A DNA stretch of 64,000 bases, taken from assembly GCA_964016885.1 (NCBI GenBank), contig OZ024740.1, forward strand, positions 224,998,001 through 225,062,000, read 5' to 3'. How positions within the stretch are numbered: the stretch's first letter is position 1; every line of letters starts with the position of its first letter. Shown here in pieces: positions 58,208 to 64,000 of this stretch. The notes under the pieces are model-generated. The model ran no database searches and was not told where the DNA came from. It saw only the letters and a list, made by a program, of their open reading frames with translations. Source of the DNA: Eledone cirrhosa. Taxonomy: Eukaryota. A program made the translations under genes and the position numbers.

Positions 58208-58765
58208 TTTATATATATATTTTATGTTTATTTGGTGTATTCATTCGTATGCGTGCGGATACAGGCGTTGCGTGGGTTCTGTATGTGCGTGCGGGGTTTT
58301 TCTTTTGTGTACGTGCGTGTATTTGTATACCTATGGCGAGTGTTTTCGCGTATGCTTGTGTATGTACGTATTGGATGCGTGTATGTATTTATTTAATTTC
58401 TATTACCTCTATATTTTATTTACTTTATTCTTAACTCTGAAGCCGAGGATCATTCGGTTTCTTAGTTAGAATTTTAGTCTACGACTTCAGTTATACCATT
58501 TACGTGGTTTTGTCTTTGCGTGCAATTGTTCTCCACGTTCCACATATGACGTGTTATCTTCGTTGTTTCCGTTCATTACCAGAGAACGTCTCTATGAACC
58601 ACCTAATAGAATATTAGTCTACGACTTCTTTTATACCATAAACGTGGTTTTGTCTTTGCGTGTAATTGGTTTTCACCGCTCCAAATAATGACCTCCCCTT
58701 CCTTCCTTTTCCTCTCTTTCTCCTCTCTTTCTCCTTCTCTCTTTTCCTCTCTCTCTCTCTCTCTC

Positions 58766-58805
<40 letters not shown>

Positions 58806-59100
58806 CTCCCCCTCTCCCTCTCTCTTTCTCTCCTCTCTTTCTCCTCCTCCTTTCCTTCTCTCTTTTCCTCCCTCTCTCTTCCATCCACTCACTCACGTAC
58901 TCTCTCTCTCTCTCTCTCTCTCCCGTTCTTTGCCAGGAAACGTTACCACGGACCAAAGTATCGTCTTCTTGTCTTTCTCCGGTTGCAACGTTTTTTGAAA
59001 TATTCACTTCTGCGTTCACAGATTGACTTTGTTAGTTTCAGAAGATGCCGCAGCGAAGAAGCAGCGATTCTTTGCTTAAACTTTAATCTGTTATTTTAAT
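56997..59100 (+). mobile_element. Penelope-like element with inverted pLTRs around a GIY-YIG remnant
   Basis: 56997-57381 is the reverse complement of 58506-59100 (the latter has a (CT)n insertion); GIY-YIG remnant inside. Confidence 0.85.
57382..57740 (+). pseudogene. PLE GIY-YIG endonuclease remnant (not in the ORF track)
   Basis: GKCLSRNIVYKCKV...AYIGLT..HSF..TSLSAYIWSLK..*..CDLCAAE. Confidence 0.85.
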
Positions 59101-59189
59101 AAATATTTGCTCTACGGTTCTTATATATTTGATATATATTTATCCTTATCGAGCCTTCTTTGGATTTTAGTCTTCAAATATATTATTAT

Positions 59190-59243
<54 letters not shown>

Positions 59244-59336
59244 TCTTCTTATATGCAAATCAGGCCGATCAGTCAAAGTATATTTTAGAAAATATCACAT
59301 ATTTTCATTAGCTCAGATAGTTGGCAGGTGAACAGT

Positions 59337-59386
59337 GAACTGTACTGATGAAGGGTTATACTCAGAAACATTTGTGTCTGCAGTTC
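59337..59386 (+). ncRNA. Type I hammerhead motif
   Basis: gaactgta-CTGATGA-agggt(tat)actca-GAAAC-atttgt-GTC-tgcagttc; helix II closing pair is mismatched. Confidence 0.75.
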
Positions 59387-59500
59387 TGTTTACATGCCAA
59401 CACAAGACCAAGAATGAGGGGCTCATTCTATGGACATCGCTTTAAAAATGAGGCTTGGTTGAATAATTGCAAACGAATCGAATATTATTATAAATATATA

Positions 59501-59588
<88 letters not shown>

Positions 59589-59621
59589 TATATATATGAT
59601 CACGATGAATATATATATATA

Positions 59622-60497
<876 letters not shown>

Positions 60498-60504
60498 TAT
60501 ATAT

Positions 60505-61256
60505 CATCGTGATCATATAACGTCTGTTTCCTTGCTTGCAAGGGTGGGATGGGTACTTTTCAGCACAGCATCTCTCCATTTGTCACGGTCCTTCATCGTC
60601 TCCTCTGTGAGCTTCAGCAATCTGAGGTCAGCTCTCATCACCTCTGCCCATGATTTTCGTGGTCTTTCTCTACTGTGTCTTCTTTCCACTGGGATTTATT
60701 GACACTTCTTTACACAGCGGTCATCTGCCATATGCATCACATGTCCATACCAATGCAGTCTTCTTTCTCACACACAAGAGTTTATCCCTCGACTCGTCTA
60801 TGTATGGTCCTTCATGCACATTTGCATTGCGCATCCATTCGAGCATCCTTGCTTCATTTCTCTCCAGCCTTCGCATATCCTCGGCAGTTGCTGCCCATGT
60901 CTCACAACCATGCAGCATCACACATCTAACACAGGCATCATATAAACGGCCTTTCTTCATAGGGCGAACCTTTCCTTGTCATCAGAGGAAGCAGCTTCCT
61001 AAACTTCTTCCAACCCGTCCTTATTCTAGATACTACGTCTTCAGAAAACCCTCCTCTCTTGCTGATCTGATCACCTAGGTATCGGAAGGTATCAAACACC
61101 TCTATAGATCCTACATGCATTTGAAAAATGTGTCTATCACTGCCACTTCTACTGTTAAATTTCCCTGCTGAATATCTACTGCATATGTAGTTTTCCCTAC
61201 TTGTTAGTTTGCCTGCTACCCCACTACACCTCTTCTGTATGGCCATTTCCCTGATG
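60505..61256 (-). mobile_element. RTE LINE, third subfamily, 3' fragment
   Basis: FRYLGDQIS, RTGWKKFR and RLYDACVR..HGCETW motifs. Confidence 0.88.
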
Positions 61257-61311
61257 TATATATATATATATATAGAAGGATTTAAATGGATACAGTTAAG
61301 TTAAAAGGAAT

Positions 61312-61431
61312 TTATTGACACGTGTTTCAATAACAGTTACATAACCTGAAACAGCTGCTATCTACAAAGTATTAGTTATGCAGACATTCAATATTTCAAT
61401 GTTATTATCAACTGTCATTTCATCAGAATAA
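61312..61431 (-). ncRNA. Hammerhead motif with a very large helix II insertion
   Basis: ttatt-CTGATGA-aatgacagtt..(about 70 nt)..aactgttatt-GAAAC-acgt-GTC-aataa. Confidence 0.75.
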
Positions 61432-61956
61432 TTTTATTGAGAACCTGTTTGGTTTTTATAGAGAATATTAGGAGGGAGGGGTGAAGTTGTTAGAAGAATA
61501 GTTAAGGGAGTGGTTTTTTGATAGCAGTGAGAATTTTTGGTGGCAGTGAGTAATTAGATTCCCATCTGTTGTTTTGACATTTTTATAGAATATATTATTT
61601 GGCGTTGGTTATTTTTTCTAAATCTATAGAAGGATTAGAGATAGTATAGATATGCATGGTTGGTTTTGTGTTTGCACTTAATTAACATTCAGACTTAAAT
61701 TTTTCTTTCAAGTGTAGGTATCCTTTCGCCCACGTATTCACACACAAACATATATGCACACCTCTACAAAATACATATACTCACATACACATACTTACAT
61801 GCTCATACCTACATATATATATACATGCACATATATATATTCATATATATATGTACATACATTTTCATACTCAACTTATCTTTATATACACACGTATAGA
61901 CACACACATATATACATACATACTCCTGTCTATGTGTATATATATATGTATATATA

Positions 61957-62013
<57 letters not shown>

Positions 62014-62235
62014 ACTTTAATACATGAATACACATACATCTAACTATACATATCAAACATATATATATATTTACTTATTTATATACATTTTCACATATAT
62101 ATACATACATATGGTCGCTTTTAGACACATTCATTATAGCATATTCGCACCTATTCTCATCCACATATCTATCTCTTTTAATGACCATATGAGCTGTGAT
62201 AAAGACGTGGATGATTTCCTCTTGGAGTTCGATAG

Positions 62236-62600
62236 ATAGTAACTTGGTTTATAAATGCACCGTAAAAACTGATCACAACACCTACAACTACATAGGATCG
62301 ACGACTTCTACATTTAAAGCCAGATTTGAGAACCATAAATGCTCCTTCTCGAACTCCAAGAGGAAATCATCCACGTCTTTATCACAGCTCATATGGTCAT
62401 TAAAAGAGAGGAATTTAAAATACTCCATTCTTTGGACTAAACTTCGGAACTGTGGAGTTTACCGCAACTCCAGTATATCAAATAACTGCGCACTCTGTAC
62501 AATGGAGACCCTGTTGATTATTAATAACTTTGAGACACTAATTAACAAAAAGTGAATTATTCTCTAGTTGCCTCCACAAAGCTACGTGCACATTCTTAGC
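62236..62600 (+). pseudogene. PLE GIY-YIG endonuclease remnant
   Basis: NLVYKC..YIGST..FKARFENH..SF..SLSQLIWSLK..CALCTME..LINKK. Confidence 0.88.
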
Positions 62601-62956
62601 CTCCCACAAAACGAGAAAAAAAGAGAGAGAAACACTTAACCATTAAAAACTTGGTTGTCAGACGTATATAATCAACAGGGAAAAACATTAATGGATCTTT
62701 AATATTGAATTATTTTATAATCTATCTATAGAAGAAATAACGCTTGAATGAAAAACACTTGTTCAATAACATGCCGGAACATTGATATACATAACATAAT
62801 ATTATAATTATTAATTTTGATCCATACCATTATTTCTTTATTTCTCTATCTTTATCTAAGGTTTAAATTTTAGTTTAATATCCAACCCATACATTTTTAT
62901 GGAACTTATTTCTAACTGTGAATTTTTCCTGTGTTTTTGATTATTATTTATTTCGA

Positions 62957-63540
62957 ACTATGAATAATTAATGCATTTACACCCTGTTATATCGGTATAT
63001 ATTTAACTTTGCATGCCTCAATATATTATATTTTTTTCGTTATCATTTACCTAAAATATATTGGCTCATTAATAAATATCTATATACATAATCGTTAATT
63101 AAATATTTCTAACAATAAGTACTTCATAAGATTTACATACCATAAGTTGACAATTGATTCTTCGGTAAAGTTTATATTTAGGAAAATATTCAACAGTGTA
63201 AACTTTCCTTGCTTTTCTTATATATATATATTTAACTATAACACGTTTCGAACCTTATTATATAGAATTATAACTGTTATCATTTACCTAAAGTATACTG
63301 TATCAATAATACATAATTTATATCAATAATACCTAATTTATATCCATATAAACCTCCATGTATCTTTCTATACATAATTTTTAGTTAAATTTATTGATTA
63401 TCATTTATTTTAAACTATGAATAATCAATGCATTTACACCCTTTTATATATACGTATATATTTAACCTTAACATGCCTAAATCTATTATCTTATTTTTAT
63501 TTTTATTTTCGTTATCATTTACCTAAAATATACAGGCTCA

Positions 63541-63603
<63 letters not shown>

Positions 63604-63737
63604 GTATATATATACATAATAGTTATTTAAATATTTCTAACAATAAATACTTCATAAGATTTACATACTATATATGTTGACAATGAATATCTCCGGTATA
63701 ACTTACATTTAGAAAAATATTCGACAGTGTAAACTTT
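62957..63737 (+). repeat. Diverged direct repeat (period about 456 nt) in the PLE 3' region
   Basis: 62957-63207 is similar to 63413-63737. Confidence 0.75.
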
Positions 63738-64000
63738 ATTTTTCGCTGGCCAGCTAAATCCTTTAAAAGTTATCATCATAAAATTCTGAAGTTTAGAAAT
63801 GTTAAAGCACTTATTGAATTTACAAAACTAATAAATAAGCTGCAATTTAAAATAAAAAAACCCCTAAAATCTTGACTCTTCACCCTAAAATAGCATAAAT
63901 TAAATATTTTCAAACTTAACCGTTTAACTTTCGGAAAATCTCCTTCTACATATATTCCCTCTCTCCATATATATTACCTCAGCGGCTCTCATTGACCGCT

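Overview
AT-rich, repeat-dense eukaryotic DNA (intronic or intergenic) with many (TA)n, (CA)n, (GA)n and (CAT)n microsatellites and one 200-N assembly gap. The repeat repertoire suggests an octopus-like cephalopod, but that is an inference. No intact host gene is recognisable; there are only two candidate exons. Identifiable content: several decayed RTE-clade LINE copies (three subfamilies), two tRNA-derived SINE families, a tandem train of four non-autonomous Helitron-like elements, an internally deleted mariner, MITEs, L1/Tx1 and Ingi/Vingi-like LINE fragments, and three Penelope-like (PLE) GIY-YIG fragments plus one PLE RT-thumb fragment. The main signal is missed by the ORF track: about ten complete type I hammerhead ribozyme (HHR) motifs from unrelated sequence families, plus variant and half motifs, nearly all in short non-coding cassettes bounded by (TA)n. 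These cassettes occur as circularly permuted tandem units (523 and 657 nt, retrozyme-like), as inverted pseudo-LTRs, or as fold-back palindromes. One perfect 126-bp palindrome encodes a hammerhead on both strands. All folds were derived by eye; activity is untested and element boundaries are approximate.
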